A stretch of DNA of 64,000 nt from Octopus sinensis (lineage: Eukaryota). Numbering within the stretch: position 1 is the first letter of the stretch; every line of letters starts with the position of its first letter. Made by a program: the position numbers and the translations under genes. The notes beneath the pieces are model-generated. The model searched no databases. It was not told where the DNA came from and saw only the letters and a program-made list of their open reading frames with translations. Location of the stretch: NCBI RefSeq assembly GCF_006345805.1, contig NC_043024.1, positions 10,478,001 through 10,542,000 of the forward strand, read 5' to 3'. Below are positions 35,385 to 48,992 of this stretch, piece after piece.

Positions 35385-36040
35385 ATTCTGCCGAGGTCGA
35401 CTTTGCCTTTCATCCTTTCAGGGTCGATTAAATAAGTACCAGTTACACACTGGTGTTGATGTAATTGACTTAATCCCCTTGTCTGTCCTTGTTTGTCCTC
35501 TCTGTGTTTAGCCCCTTGTGGGTAGTAAAGAAATAGGCATTTCGTCTGCCGTTACGTTCTGGGTTCAAATTCTGCCGAGGTCGACTTTGCCTTTCATCCT
35601 TTCGGGGTCGATTAAATAAGTACTAGTTAATCACTGGGGTCGATGTAATCAACTTAATCCCATTGTCTGTCCTTGTTGGTCCCCTCTGTGTTTAGCCCCT
35701 TGGGGCCAATGAATAAATATTGGAAATGAGGTTGACTTTGCCTTTGGTCCTTTCGGGGTTAAGTACCAGTTACGCACTGGGGTCGATGTAATCAACTTAA
35801 TCCTCTTGTCTGTCCTTGTTTGTCCCCTCTGCGTTTAGCCCCTTGTGGGTAGTAAAGAAATAGGTATTTCGTCTGCTGCTACATTCCGAGTTCAAATTCC
35901 GCCGAGGTTGACTTTGCCTTTCATCCTTTCGGGGTCGATTAAATAAGTACCAGTTAATCACTGGGCTCGATGTAATCAACTTAATCTCTTTGTCTGTCCT
36001 TGTTTGTCCCCTCTGTTTAACCCACTGGGGGCAATAAATA
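35385..36040 (+). mobile_element. Tandem array (~4 units) of SINE type B
   Basis: Junctions gaaata|ggcatttcgtc (~35535) and gaaata|ggtatttcgtc (~35862). Confidence 0.85.
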
Positions 36041-37511
36041 AATATTGGAAATGAATGACATAGCTTGTACCACGTTGAAGAGTAGGAAGTGACAACACTT
36101 GAACTCAAGTGTATGCACTTAGAACCAAGTGTAAACACAATGATAGGATGATGGCCTCATTTTGTCAGATGAATAGCCGTCTCATGTTAGTGTGATGTCC
36201 GTAGGTCATCGGATTTAGGTGACAAAAACATTTAATCCCTCTCTTGGTCACAATAGAATGTTCTACTGTCAACCATTGCAAGATGACTGCTATTACATTG
36301 ACCGATAGTTTTGTGTTGGAGTATCTTTCTTCTAGAAGAGCTACTTTCACGGGTTTTTCCAACATAAGTGGAACCCCTGGGAAATCTTTTACCCAGCAGC
36401 ACAGGCGTGGATGTGTGATCAGAAGCTTGCTTTTCAAACCACATGGTTCCAGGTTCAGTCCCACTGCGTGCCACCTTGGGCAAGTGTCTTCTGCTATAGC
36501 CTCGGGCCGACCAAAGCCTTGAGTAGATTTGGTAGATGGAAATTAAAGGGTGGGTGTGTGTGTGTGTGTGTACGTAATGTCGGTCTGTCCCCCACCATCA
36601 CTTGACAACCGGTGTTGGTGTGTTTACATCCTTGTAACTTAGCGGTTCAGCAAAAGGGTCTGATAGAATAAGTACTAGGCTTTAAAAAGAAAATATTCTG
36701 GGGTCAATTTGTTTGACATGGCCACAATCGACTGGAACGATTAAAAGATAGATGGGGCTCTGACAGGTACTACTATTCCAGGTCTGAACAGATCTGGAGA
36801 TAATGGTAATTAAGGGGTGACTTAATACTTTGTCTCAACTCCAGAACTTACCTCTGGATAACTGAGGGTTGGCAACAGGAAGGGCATCCAGCTGTAGAAA
36901 ATCTCCCTTAGCAAATTCTGTCTGACTTGTGCAAGCATGGATTCATTGATGTTGAAACAAGGTTTTCACTGCCCTGTCAAATGTACCCTGGGTATTCGCA
37001 GTCTTTTATTTGCCTATTCTGTATTTTCTTTTTTATTTAAAGTAGTTTATATCAGGTGAAACATACCCATTTCTTTATTACCCACAAGGGGCTAAACACA
37101 GAGGGGACAAACAAGAACAGACATAGGTATTAAGTCGATTACATCGACCCCAGTGCGAAAGGATGAAAGGCAAAGTCGACCTCGGCGGAATTTGAACTCA
37201 CAACGTAACGGCAGCCGAAATACGGCTACGCATTTCGCACGACGTGCTAACGGTTCTGCCAGCTCGCCAGCAACTGTTGTTTTTGTTGGGCTTAGTTGTA
37301 AGCCCAACATATTTCTGTGCATATTTTTGGATCATTCTGAAAAGACCTTTCTTCAGATCCTTTCGGTTTTCAATTATCATATTCTAGTTATCTTCTATTA
37401 CCGTTATTATTTGTTGAGGTAGACACTGTTCCTATCACTAGCCCTTACCTATTTCCAAGCAAGCTAATATTTCCTCGTGACCAGACATGTTTTCATAGAA
37501 TATTGGAAAAG

Positions 37512-37840
37512 AGTTCAAATTCTGCCGAGGTTGACTTTGCCTTACATCCTTTCGGGGTCGATTAAATAAGTACCAGTTACGCACTGAGGTCGATATAATC
37601 GACTTAATCCGTTTGTCTGTCCTTGTTTGGCCCCTTGTGGGTAGTAAAGAAACGGGTATTTCGTCTGCCGCTACGTTCTGAGTTCAAATTCCGCCGAGGT
37701 CGACTTTGCCTTTCATCCTTTCGGGGGTCGATTAAATAAGTACCAGTTACGCACTGGGGGTTGATGTAATCAACTTAATCCCCTTATCTGTCCTCGTTTG
37801 TCTCCTCTGTTTAGCCCCTTGGGGCCAATAAATAAATAAA
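37512..37840 (+). mobile_element. Tandem dimer of SINE type B
   Basis: Junction aaagaaacg|ggtatttcgtc (~37655). Confidence 0.8.
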
Positions 37841-39439
37841 TGTTGGAAATGAATGACATGGCAGCAAGCTTAGCAGAATTGTTAGCATATTCAACAAAAT
37901 CCTTTGTGGCGTCTCGTCTGATTTTATTTTCCAAGTTCAAATTCTGCTGAGGTCAACTTTGCCTTTCATTCTTTTCAGGGGTTGGTGAAAATAAGTACCA
38001 GTTGAGCACTTGGATCGATGTAATCAATTAGCCCCCTTCTCCAAAATTTCAGGTTTTGGGCTTACAGTAGAAAGGGTTATTGGACAAAAATGCTTAGCGG
38101 CATTTCGCCCATCTTTACATTTTGATTTCAAATTCCTCTTAAGTCAACTTTGCTTTTCATCTTTTTAGGGGTCACTGAAATAAGTGCCAATTGAGCGTCA
38201 GGGTTGATGTTATTTTTTTGAAATTTCTGTGAAATTTATTTTTTTGTAAATTTTGTGAACTTCAATTGTAATTTTGTAAAATTCAGTTGTAATCTTTGAG
38301 AAAACCAATTAAGGGAAAAGACTAACAAAATGTAACCACTCCACTTCGGGGGGTCGAGTGGGCATTGCGCCTCATAATATCTTAACATAATTCATTCTTT
38401 TTTTAATTTCTTCGTCTTTATTCATCCTCTTTTGTTATTTTATGTTCCCCGATTCTACCTTGGGCAAAATATTGCAACAGTGGAATAATAATAATAATAA
38501 TAATAATGATAATAATAATAATGATACCTAGAGTTTCTCTGCCCTAGGTGTAGGGAAAATACTCAGTGAGAAACAGTAAAAATTTGACGAAAGGAAAAAA
38601 TAGTAATAATAATAATGGTTTCAAATTTTGGCACAAGGCCAGCAGTTTCAGGAGAGGGGTTAAATTGATTTCAAATTCCTCTTACGTTGACTTTGCTTTT
38701 CATCCTTTTGCGGGAGTCAATGAAATAAGGGCCAATTTGAGATTCGGGGTTGTTATGTTTTTGAAATTTCTGTGTATAGTCCTTTATGGATAATAGATAA
38801 ACCCAGAGTTGATGTAATGGACTGCCACCCCCTCCAAAATATTAGGCCTTCTTCCTACCAATAACTAAGCAGAACTGGTAGCATGTTGTACGGTATTTTC
38901 CTCTGGCATTTTGTGTTGAATTCAAATCTTTTGGGACCAAATTTACCTTTTTTGTCCTTCTGGAGTCAGCAAAATAAAATACCAGTTATATCTTAGTGTT
39001 TATGCCATCCACTAAGTCCTGTCACAAATTTCTGCTTTTGTGCATAAAATTAGAAAATATTGACTTGAGATTGGTCTTATTCCTGGTAGAATTTATCTGG
39101 GTTGTGGGTTACCACCTGTAACCTGAGGTATCCACATGATTTCAAAAAGCCTTCAAGTGCTCAAAACCCTTGTGTTGATCTTTCTTATTCTTAAGAGGCA
39201 AACTTTCTGTGGAAGTTCTGTGGGACATTCCAATTATTATTAGAGAAGATGGTAAGCTGGCGGAAGCAGGTCAGACAAAATGCTTAGCGGCGTTTTGTTC
39301 CGAGTTCAAATGCTACCAAAGTTGACTTTGTCTTTCGTCCTTTAGGGGTTGAGCACTGGGGTTGATGTAATCAATTAGCTCCCTCCCACAAAATTACTGG
39401 CCTTGTGCTGAAATTTGAAACAATTCTTTTTATTGCGTG

Positions 39440-40225
39440 ATCATTACCAGCGTTACCTCACTGGCACGTGAACAAAACATTCGAGCGAGGTCGTTGCCAG
39501 TGCCGCTGGACTGACTCCTGTGCAGGTGGCACATAAAAAATACCATTTCGAGTGTGGCTGTTGCCAGTACCACCTGACTGGCCCTCGTGCCAGTGATACG
39601 TAAAAACACCCACTACACTCTCGGAGTGGTTGGCATTAGGAAGGGCATCCAGCTGTAGAAACTCTGCCAGATCAGATTGGAGCCTGGTGCAGCCATCTGG
39701 TTCGCCACACCTCAGTCAAATCGTCCAACCCATGCTAGCATGGAAAGCGGACGTTAAACGATGATGATGATATGGCAACGAGCTGGCAGAATCATTAACA
39801 GGTCAGACAAAATGCTTAGTGGCATTTCAATTATCTTTGTTCTGAGTTCAAATTCTGCTGAGGTCGACATCACTGTTCATCCTTTTGGTTGATAAACTAA
39901 AGTACCAGATCGGCAATGGGGTCGATGTAATTAACTTAACCCCTCTCCTGAAACTGCTGACCTTATGCCAAAATTTGAAACCATTATTATTACCACCATC
40001 CGAATGTGGCCGATGCCAGAGCCGCCTTGACTGGCCCCCGTGCCGGTGGCATGTAAAAAGCACCCACTACACTCACGGAGTGGTTGGCATTAGGAAGAGC
40101 ATCCAGCTGTAGAAACTCTGCCTGATCAGACTGGAGCCTGGTGCAGCCTCCTGGCTTCCCAGACCCCGGTCGAACCATCCAATCCATGCCAGCATGGAAA
40201 GCGGACGTTAAATGATGATGATGAG
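39440..40225 (+). mobile_element. Two RTE-LINE 3' ends flanking a degenerate type-B copy
   Basis: Family motifs with (GAT)n tails at ~39760 and ~40212. Confidence 0.75.
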
Positions 40226-40690
40226 TATTATTATTATTATTAATTCCTCTGTTGCAATATTTTGCCCAAGGTGGAACGGGGTCATTTAAGAGCTCAGCAA
40301 CTTGGAACCCGACAAGAGTTGATTTGCGTGTGATTTGAACTTAGACCTTTCCATGCCAATTTACCAGGTAAGCTCTCTAGCACCTTGTCATAAAATCAGA
40401 GATGATGCACTGGAGTTAATTAGTCAGACAAAGCAAGTGGATTACCTGTTTAATCGCACAGGTGCAGTTTATTAGTAAGTGATGGAAACGGTGATTCAGA
40501 CAACGAGATGATGAAGATAATCCTATTTTGATCCTGTCTGTTAAGTTGTCTACAACTGTGTGTGTGTATACATACATATATATATACACACACCACACAC
40601 ATATGCATACACATATATGTATGCATACGTGTGTACATATAGATCTGTGTATGTGTGTTTATATATATATATATATTATATGCATGCATA

Positions 40691-40734
<44 letters not shown>

Positions 40735-41882
40735 TCTGTATATATATGTGCACATATACATACATCTGTCTACATATACATACGTGTGTGTGTGTGTGTG
40801 TGTGTGCATATATATATATATATATATATGCACACATATACATGTGTACATGCAAGTATATATATACACACATACATTTGCATAAACATCAGCTTCCTCT
40901 TGTGTCTGCTTTCCATGTTGACTCGCACACACACACACACACACACATCCATATATGTATACACACATCTTGTGGTGTAAGTGGGTTCTTCATTGAGATT
41001 TAATGATGAATAATGTATTTGTTGATCTGAATACTATTTAGTCTAAGTGGCTGAATATCTCACAGACTTCGCACTCTTAAGCTAATCCTTAACTCAAACC
41101 AACAAAACAAACTCGACTCTTTCAATTATAAAGTCACTTCATTCCGCAGGATTCCATACAGTTTCCATCTGTTTAGTTTAGCGTAAAAAGGCTTGAAGCA
41201 GATGAAGGCCTTGGGAGAAGAGATTTGTCCGTGGTGTGTGCACTAGGATTTGAACCCTGGGATTTTGCGAGTGTGAAGCAAACCACTAGCCCATGCTTGT
41301 GCCACCCCACTCATATTTATATACATATATCTATATATATTTATGGTATGTAAAAAGCACCATCCGACCGTAGCCGTTTGCCAGCCTCGTCTGGCACCTG
41401 TGCCGGTGGCACGTAAAATGCACTCCACTACACTCATGGAGTGGTTGGTGTTAGGAAGGGCATCCAGCCGTAGAAACACTGCCAGATCAGACTGGGCTTG
41501 ATGCAGCCTTCTGGCTTCCCAGACCCCAGTTGCACCGTCCAACCCATGCCAGCATGGAAAACGGACGCTAAACGACAATGATGATGATGATATATACATA
41601 CTTATATACATATATACATGTATATTTATATACATATATACATGTATATTTATATACATATATACGTGTATATTTATATACATATATACGTGTATATTTA
41701 TATACATATATACATGTATATTTATATACATATATATTCATATATATATATATATTATATACATATTCATCATCGTTTAACGTCCGTTTTCCGCGCTATT
41801 CATATACATATATATATATACATATATTCATATATATATAATATACATATATTCATATACATATATACATGTACATATATTC

Positions 41883-41941
<59 letters not shown>

Positions 41942-42667
41942 CGCACGCAAGTAAAAGTTGTCATTTTAGCTGCTTTATGTAGATTTAAGATTTAATTAAT
42001 CCACAAAAAAAGAAGTGGGAGTTAGTAAAAAAAACAAGGTTTGGAGAGGGGTGGGTGGGTGGGGGATTAAAGACCTTACTATTAATCCTTTCTGCTCTAC
42101 AATACCTGTGAGTGTGCGTCTGTGCGTCTTGGCTACCTGTATTAGTCATCTTAAGACTCGTTTAGTAATATACCTACAGGTGGTGTGGTGGGAGGGGCGT
42201 TGTTGGAGGAGCTGGAGTGTGAGGATATGTTAATGAGAGAAAAATTAATATTGGCTGTAACGAGTAGTAGATTGCTTGGGAAGGTAGATAAATAGGGGAA
42301 ATAAGGGATTGTCTGGGGTTAGTTTAATAAGATAAAAAAATATCTTCAAAGGGATTTATATTTCGCTTCATTCTTTTTGTTTTTGTTCGTTTGATGAATT
42401 TTATCAATTAACAGGTATAATAATTATTAATAATTTGATGACTACTTTTTCGAGCTTGCACGAGTCAGACGGAATTTGTTGCAGTTGATTTTCTTAGGGA
42501 AGGGTGCCCTTCGTGTAACCCTAACCTGTTTCTGAGAAAGAGGATATTTCTTGTCCAGACATGTTTTTCATTTGAGACAAGAAATGAACATCATTTGTAT
42601 GATTATTGATGCTCATTTACAAACCTCACAATATGACAAGGTATATATATATATATATATACCCTTG

Positions 42668-43135
42668 GGTGGCGAGCTGGCAGAAATGTTAGTGCGCCGG
42701 GCAAAATGCTTAGCAGTATTTCGTCTGCCGTTACGTTCTGAGTTCAGATTCCGCCGAGGTTGACTTTACCCTTCATCATTTCGGGGTCGATTAAATAAAG
42801 TACCAGTTTCACACTGGGGTTGATATTATCGACTTAATTCCATTGTCTGTCCTTGTTTGTCCTCTCTGTGTTTAGCCCCTTGTGGACAGTAAAGAAATAG
42901 GTACCTTTTATAAGGCGGTGAGCTGGCAGAAACGTTAGCACGCCGGGTGAAATGCTTAGCAGTATTTCATCTGCCGTTCTGAGTTCAGATTCCGCCGAGG
43001 TCGACTTTGCCTTTCATTCTTCCAGGGTCGATAAAGTACCAGTTTCGCATGGGGGGGGGTTTGATGTAATTGACTTAATCCCTTTGTCTGTCCTTGTATG
43101 TCCCTTCTGTTTAACCCCTTGTGGGCAATAAAGAA
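42668..43135 (+). mobile_element. Two adjacent head-bearing SINE type B copies
   Basis: Heads ggtggcgagctggcag (~42668) and ggcggtgagctggcag (~42915). Confidence 0.85.
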
Positions 43136-43775
43136 TTAAATATATATACACACGCGTGTACATGTTTGCATTTATGTGTGTGTGTATGATGGGTTTCTTT
43201 CAGTTTCGTTGACCTGGGATTTTAAAAGACACTTGCTGAAGGTGCTGCACAGTAGGACTGAACTCACGACCACATGGTTGGGAGGCCAGCTTGTTAATTA
43301 ATCCCACTGCTGTGCTGCTTCCTTATTTCCTCTCACCTTAAACTCCTGGCAGTTTTCTTTTGAGCTCTGGAAGTGAGCAGGTAACAGCCAGCCTTGGGGG
43401 CCCTCTCTTCTTCCCTTACTGTATTTCACCAATTTCTCTCAACAACTTCCTCACCGTCTCTTAAATATATGACACTTTCTCAAAGTGGAGTCTGTGAAAT
43501 AGTTTCCTCATTTAATAAGAAATACAGTTTATGTAAAATTATATTCACCATTTCCAACATAAATTTTATATAGATATATAAGATTTCCGGGATCATTGCC
43601 AGTACTGCCTGTCTGGCCCTCGTGTCGGTGGCACATAAAAGTATCCACTACACTCTTGGTTGGCGTTAGGAGGGACATCCAGCTGTAGAAATTCTACCAA
43701 ATCAAACATCTGGTTCACCAGTCCTCAGTCAAATTGTCCAACCCATGCCAGCATGGAAAGCGAACGTTAAACGAT

Positions 43776-43840
<65 letters not shown>

Positions 43841-44499
43841 GTATGTTTACGCACATCTGTTTGTATATCCTTGGCTTGACATCTTGTGATGGTTGTAAAC
43901 AAGTGTCTCTGTCATACAAGCAGTGTCATTCCTTTCCAATACTCTGTGAGAGCGTGGTTGGCCATGGGGAAATATTACCTTGCTTGGAAACTAGTGAGGC
44001 TTGATGACAGGAAAGGCATCCAACCATAGAAAATCTGCCTCAGTGAATTCCTCTGATCCATGCATGCATGGAAAAGTGAATGTTAAAACAAGACGATTCT
44101 AAATTTTCCAGTCCTTCTCAAGTTAGAAAATTTGGTTTTGTGTTCGATTCCAGTGCGTGGCACTTCGGGACGAAAATCTATCATACCCTCAAACAAAAGG
44201 GATAGAATTTGGCCTATGGGAAATGTACTCAGCCAAACGGTTCTAAAACAACTAATTCCTGAATAACAGCTGAATGTTGTTTTGAAGGAACTGGTTAGGG
44301 ACCCATCTAGCAGAATGTCTCAGTGCCTGTGGCACGACAAAATGTGCCCCAAGTATGCGCAGGGTAGCGGCAGGAAATGTATCAAATTGCAGAAAAGTGG
44401 ATGTTAAAAACGATGGTGAATAATAAAAGAATGTTTGTATCTTTCATTGTATATCCATGAAAGATTTTAAATATTGATGTAAAATCTGTGTTCTTCCAG

Positions 44500-44547
44500 A
44501 TGCCCACCACCCCTCTCTTCCTAGTCACTTCCACTATCAGGAATGCG
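44500..44547 (+). CDS. Unverified candidate 48-nt exon
   Basis: Acceptor ctgtgttcttccag|, donor GCG|GTGAGC. Open as MPTTPLFLVTSTIRNA or (D)AHHPSLPSHFHYQEC. No homology recognised. Confidence 0.3.
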
Positions 44548-44634
44548 GTGAGCGTGCAGCTAGTCTGTTGCTAACTTGTAACCAAGACACTATTGTTCAT
44601 AAAATGCTATATATATTTATACATACACACATAT

Positions 44635-44665
<31 letters not shown>

Positions 44666-44674
44666 TATATATAT

Positions 44675-44713
<39 letters not shown>

Positions 44714-45000
44714 CATACATACACATATATATATATACATACATACATACATACACATATATATATATACATACACATACATACACACACGTTTTATTTA
44801 TTTTGTTATATATACATACATACATGCATGTATATATGTTGTGGTACATAAATTAAAATAAAAAGCTTGTATTATAATAAACTGCCTGCAGCCTTTGAAT
44901 CTACCATAATTTCTAATGTAAGACCCTTTTGTTTCAAGTTCCAAACAACAAGCTTCCTCTCTCTCTCTCTCTCTAATTTCTTCATTATTTGACACAAAGG

Positions 45001-45037
<37 letters not shown>

Positions 45038-45254
45038 ACGAGGAACCTGGACCACAAAAGGAATTAATGTTAAAATTTCAAAACGAAAATACAAAACGAA
45101 AGGGAAAAAAAAGGAAAAATTTGACCAGACCCGACCCCGACACACAAAAGAAACTTGTTTCCAGTTTTTTTTATTTAATATTTTTGACCTGCCTGCAGGA
45201 GAAATATGGTAGCTAAATGTCACTCTGGGGTGAAATGGTGTGTGGACTGGAATT

Positions 45255-45995
45255 AGTCTCTCTCCTTACTCTCTCTCTCCTTACTCTCTCTCTCCTTACT
45301 CTCTCTCTCCTTACTCTCTCTCTCCTTACTCTCTCTCTCCTTACTCTCTCTCCTCCTTACTCTCTCTCTCCTTACTCTCTCTCTCCTTACTCTCTCCCTC
45401 CTTACTCTCTCTCTCCTTACTCTCTCTCTCCTTACTCTCTCTCTCTCCTTACTCTCTCTCTCTCTCTCCTTACTCTCTCTCTCTCCTTCTCTCTCTCTCC
45501 TTACTTCTCTCTCTCCTTACCTCTCTCTCTCTCTCCTTACTCCTCTCTCTCTCTCTCTCTCCTTACTCTCTCTCTCCTTACTCTCTCTCTCTCCTTACTC
45601 TCTCCTTACTCTCTCTCTCTCTCCTTACTCTCTCTCTCTCCTTACTCTCTCTCTCTCCTTACTCTCTCTCTCTCTCTCTCTCCTTACTCTCTCTCTCTCT
45701 CCTTCTCTCTCTCTTCTTACTCTCTCTCTCTCTTCTTACTCTCTCTCTCTCTCCTTACTCTCTCTCTCTCTCCTTACTCTCTCTCTCTCTCTCCTTACTC
45801 TCTCTCTCTCTCTCCTTACTCTCTCTCTCTCTCTCCTACTCTCTCTCTCTCTCTCTCTCCTCTCCTACTCTCTCTCTCTCTCTCCTTACTCTCTCTCTCT
45901 CTCCTTACTCTCTCTCTCTCTCCTTACTCTCCTCTCTCCTTACTCCTCTCTCTCCTTACTCTCTCTCTCCTTACTCTCTCTCTCCTTACTCTCCT
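45255..45995. repeat. Minisatellite of (CT)n-CCTTA units
   Basis: Variable-length CT runs punctuated by ccttac. Confidence 0.95.
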
Positions 45996-46249
45996 CGGTT
46001 TCGTAGTTAGGTCATCATGTTCTTTGACAATGGAAACAGAACAGCCATGGTTACAAATATTGAGTGAACAGTTTATTGATTAGCTTTGCACAGCAGCCAT
46101 TCCAGCTCTCTGCTTGAGCTGTTAATGGCGTCTCTTGCGGTATTATTGCTCGACCTGGTAGTCAGAAATAGCAGCCAGGCGTTCCTCAAATCTTACCCTA
46201 TTCGCTTATAATAGGCAACACATAACCACCAAGCTAAATATATACTCTT

Positions 46250-46645
46250 TCACTCTTTTTTACTTGTTTCAGTCATTTGACTGCGGCCATGCTGGAGCAC
46301 CGCCTTTAATCGAGCAACTCGACACCGGGACTTATTCTTTTGTAAGCCCAGTACTTATTCTATCGGTCTCTTTTGTCGAACTGCTAATTAACGGGGACAT
46401 AAACACACCAGCATCGGTTGTCAAGCAATGCTAGGGGGACAAACACATTCACACAAACACACACATGCATATATATATACATATATACGACGGGCTTCTT
46501 TCAGTTTCCATCTACCAAATCCACTCACAAGGCTTTGGTTGACCCGAGGCTATAGTAGAAGACACTTGCCCAAGGTGCCACGCAGTGGGACTGAACCTGG
46601 AACCATGTGGTTGGTAAACAAGCTACTTACCACATAGCCACTCCT
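46250..46645 (-). mobile_element. SINE type A, full-length
   Basis: Reverse complement of the family. Confidence 0.9.
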
Positions 46646-47349
46646 GTAACTCTTTAGTATTCAAGCCAGTCATATCTTGCCTAAATATTTGGTTTCGTGT
46701 CTAAACTGGCCAGATCTGACCTCTTACACCTTCCCTGCTATGTCATTGTAGAAATAATATACAATCGCGTCATTGGAATCTTGAAATACCAAGATAATTC
46801 AAGGGGTTAATTAAAAAAAAATTGTTAATTAATGAACATTACATTTGATAAACTAATCTGATTGCTAAAGGGTTTTAAGTTGGCATTGTCACTTCTGGGT
46901 TGTCTTTAATCATAGCTTGGTTTGATAAGAGCTGAGCTGGTGCTAAAAAAAAAAAAAGAGCTCTTCTGAGCTGGTTTAACCCTAGGTCGGTCACACTTGA
47001 TCCTTTAGGCTTATGATCAAATGTTGTTCCAACGCTGACCTTCCCACTAACTTTTAAATTTTCAAGTGTATTGTGAAAGCACCCAGTATACTCTCTGTAG
47101 TGGTTGGCATTAGGAAGGGCATCCAGCCATAGAAAACGTGCCAAATCAGGCTGGAGTCTGGTGGGCCTCTCCGGCCTCCCAGCTAACCAGCTCTGGTCAC
47201 CTCCACTCCATACCAGCGTGGACAACAGATGATGTATCTCAAACTACACTCAGTCAACAAGTTTGCTTCACGATCACCAGGTCTCTGGTTCAATCCTGCT
47301 TTGCGACATACTGGTCTTTTTCTATAATCTCAAGTCTACAAGTCTTGAG

Positions 47350-47540
47350 TGAAATTTTCCTTTTAACCCCTTTCCTCTTCCTGGAACATAGGCCATCCGT
47401 GACTTCCCCACAGTTTTTGACTTGGGGTTTTCTGCTTCTCACCAAGTTCCCTGTTTTTCTTTGCTCCTTCCATCTGTCCCCTGAGAGATGGCCTTATTTT
47501 GAATTGTCATCAATGTTTCTCTAGGTAGTGCCCTTGGCCC
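47350..47540 (-). pseudogene. Highly degenerate LINE ORF C-terminal fragment
   Basis: TIQNKAISQGTDGRSKEKQGTW*EAE resembles the RTE-type ...GKRxRGRPKxTW... end; weak. Confidence 0.3.
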
Positions 47541-48300
47541 CAGGCAAACCCATTTTAACCCTTCAGCATTCATATTTATCAAATGTGATACTTATTAATC
47601 CATATTTTTAAAAGTTGATCATATATCTTGTAGCTTCAAGGTTTTGAAGACGTGATTTAGTTTTAGACTGACATTGTAGGGTAGGTGTGACAAGCTGGAT
47701 CTGGCCAGTTTCAACATAAGACAGGTACATTAACTTTCACTACCTGCTTTCTCTTTTCCCATTTCATAATGCAATTTCGGTGTTTTCCTGGTGGTCATAA
47801 GTGGAGGGTCAGCCTTGTAGCTCCCTTTTGGGTTTTGCTGCCCCATTCAAAACCATTTCTTTTTGGTTTTCAACCAAAAACCTTTCTATATATTCCCAAG
47901 ACAGAGAGAGAACCTCCCCAATACATGTTTTTCTCAAAATTGGTTCCGAGATACTGCGAGTCCTATGAAGAAATTCTAGGGCAGAACAAGGACAGACAAG
48001 GGATTAAGTCGGTTATATCGACCCCAGTGCGTAACTGGTACTTAATTTATCGATCCAGAAAGGACGAAAGGCAAAGTCGACCTCGACGGAATTTGAACTC
48101 GGAACGTAGCGGCAGACGAAGTACCGTTAGCAAACGTGCTAACGTTTCTACCCGCTCGCCGCCCCTATTGGAGCCACATGGTCCACAGTTGCAAATTGAG
48201 CTTATTAACCATCCAACCATGACCCCAACTGTATAAACGAAAACCATCTAAATTTTATTAAGCTTGGAAACTCGTCGTGCCGTCTTTTCAATGGTCACAG

Positions 48301-48364
48301 GTTCCTCCATCTCTGAGAGAATCTCTGATTTGGCCGGCCTTGATTTTAGACGGTGTCTGCAATG
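48301..48364 (+). CDS. Unverified candidate 64-nt exon
   Basis: Acceptor gtcttttcaatggtcacag|, donor ATG|GTGAGG. Phase-compatible with 44500-44547 in two frames. The minus strand here also has a weak LINE-like reading. Confidence 0.2.
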
Positions 48365-48992
48365 GTGAGGATTAGTAACCTCAGCACCCTCTGTCCCCGC
48401 AGTACTTGAGCACAAAATATTTCTAATGTGGGAGTGGAAGCCATTGTCTCAATGGTTAGCTCAATTGTCTAATTACACTTGTTGTGTGTGTACGTGTCTG
48501 TGTGTCTCTGTGTATTTATATATACTTAAACCCGAACCACACACACCCCCAGTCACTGTTACAGAATGAACTAAACCTAATTCTGTCCTGGTACAGTTAT
48601 TTAGTGGGAAAGAGAGGTTAAGGGTGTGAAGGAATGTCGTACATGACATAACTCACTGTCTGCGCTTTCTTCTTCTTCCTCCTCCTCAAAGCAGACTTCT
48701 AATCTCTCTCTCTCTCTCTGCCTCTCGAGACAAGGGGAGGCTATATGACGGCTGTTCATAACTATGTACATCTTTCTTTCTATTTTACTCTTTCTCTCCG
48801 TATTTTTGTCTTTTTTCCTTTACTTTGTTATTGCTCTCTCTCTTGCTCACTTTTTATTTCTCATCAATTTTTGTCTTTCTCCCCCTTTCTGATTCTCTGC
48901 CTCTCTCTCTCTCTCCCTTTCTCCCCTGGCTGGTTGCCATTCTCTCTCACTTCTCTGGTTATCACTCTCTCTCTCTGGCTGGTTGTCTCTGT

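Noticed and set aside
45217-46083. ORFs of 256-288 aa (Leu/Ser-rich)
   Set aside because: CT minisatellite.
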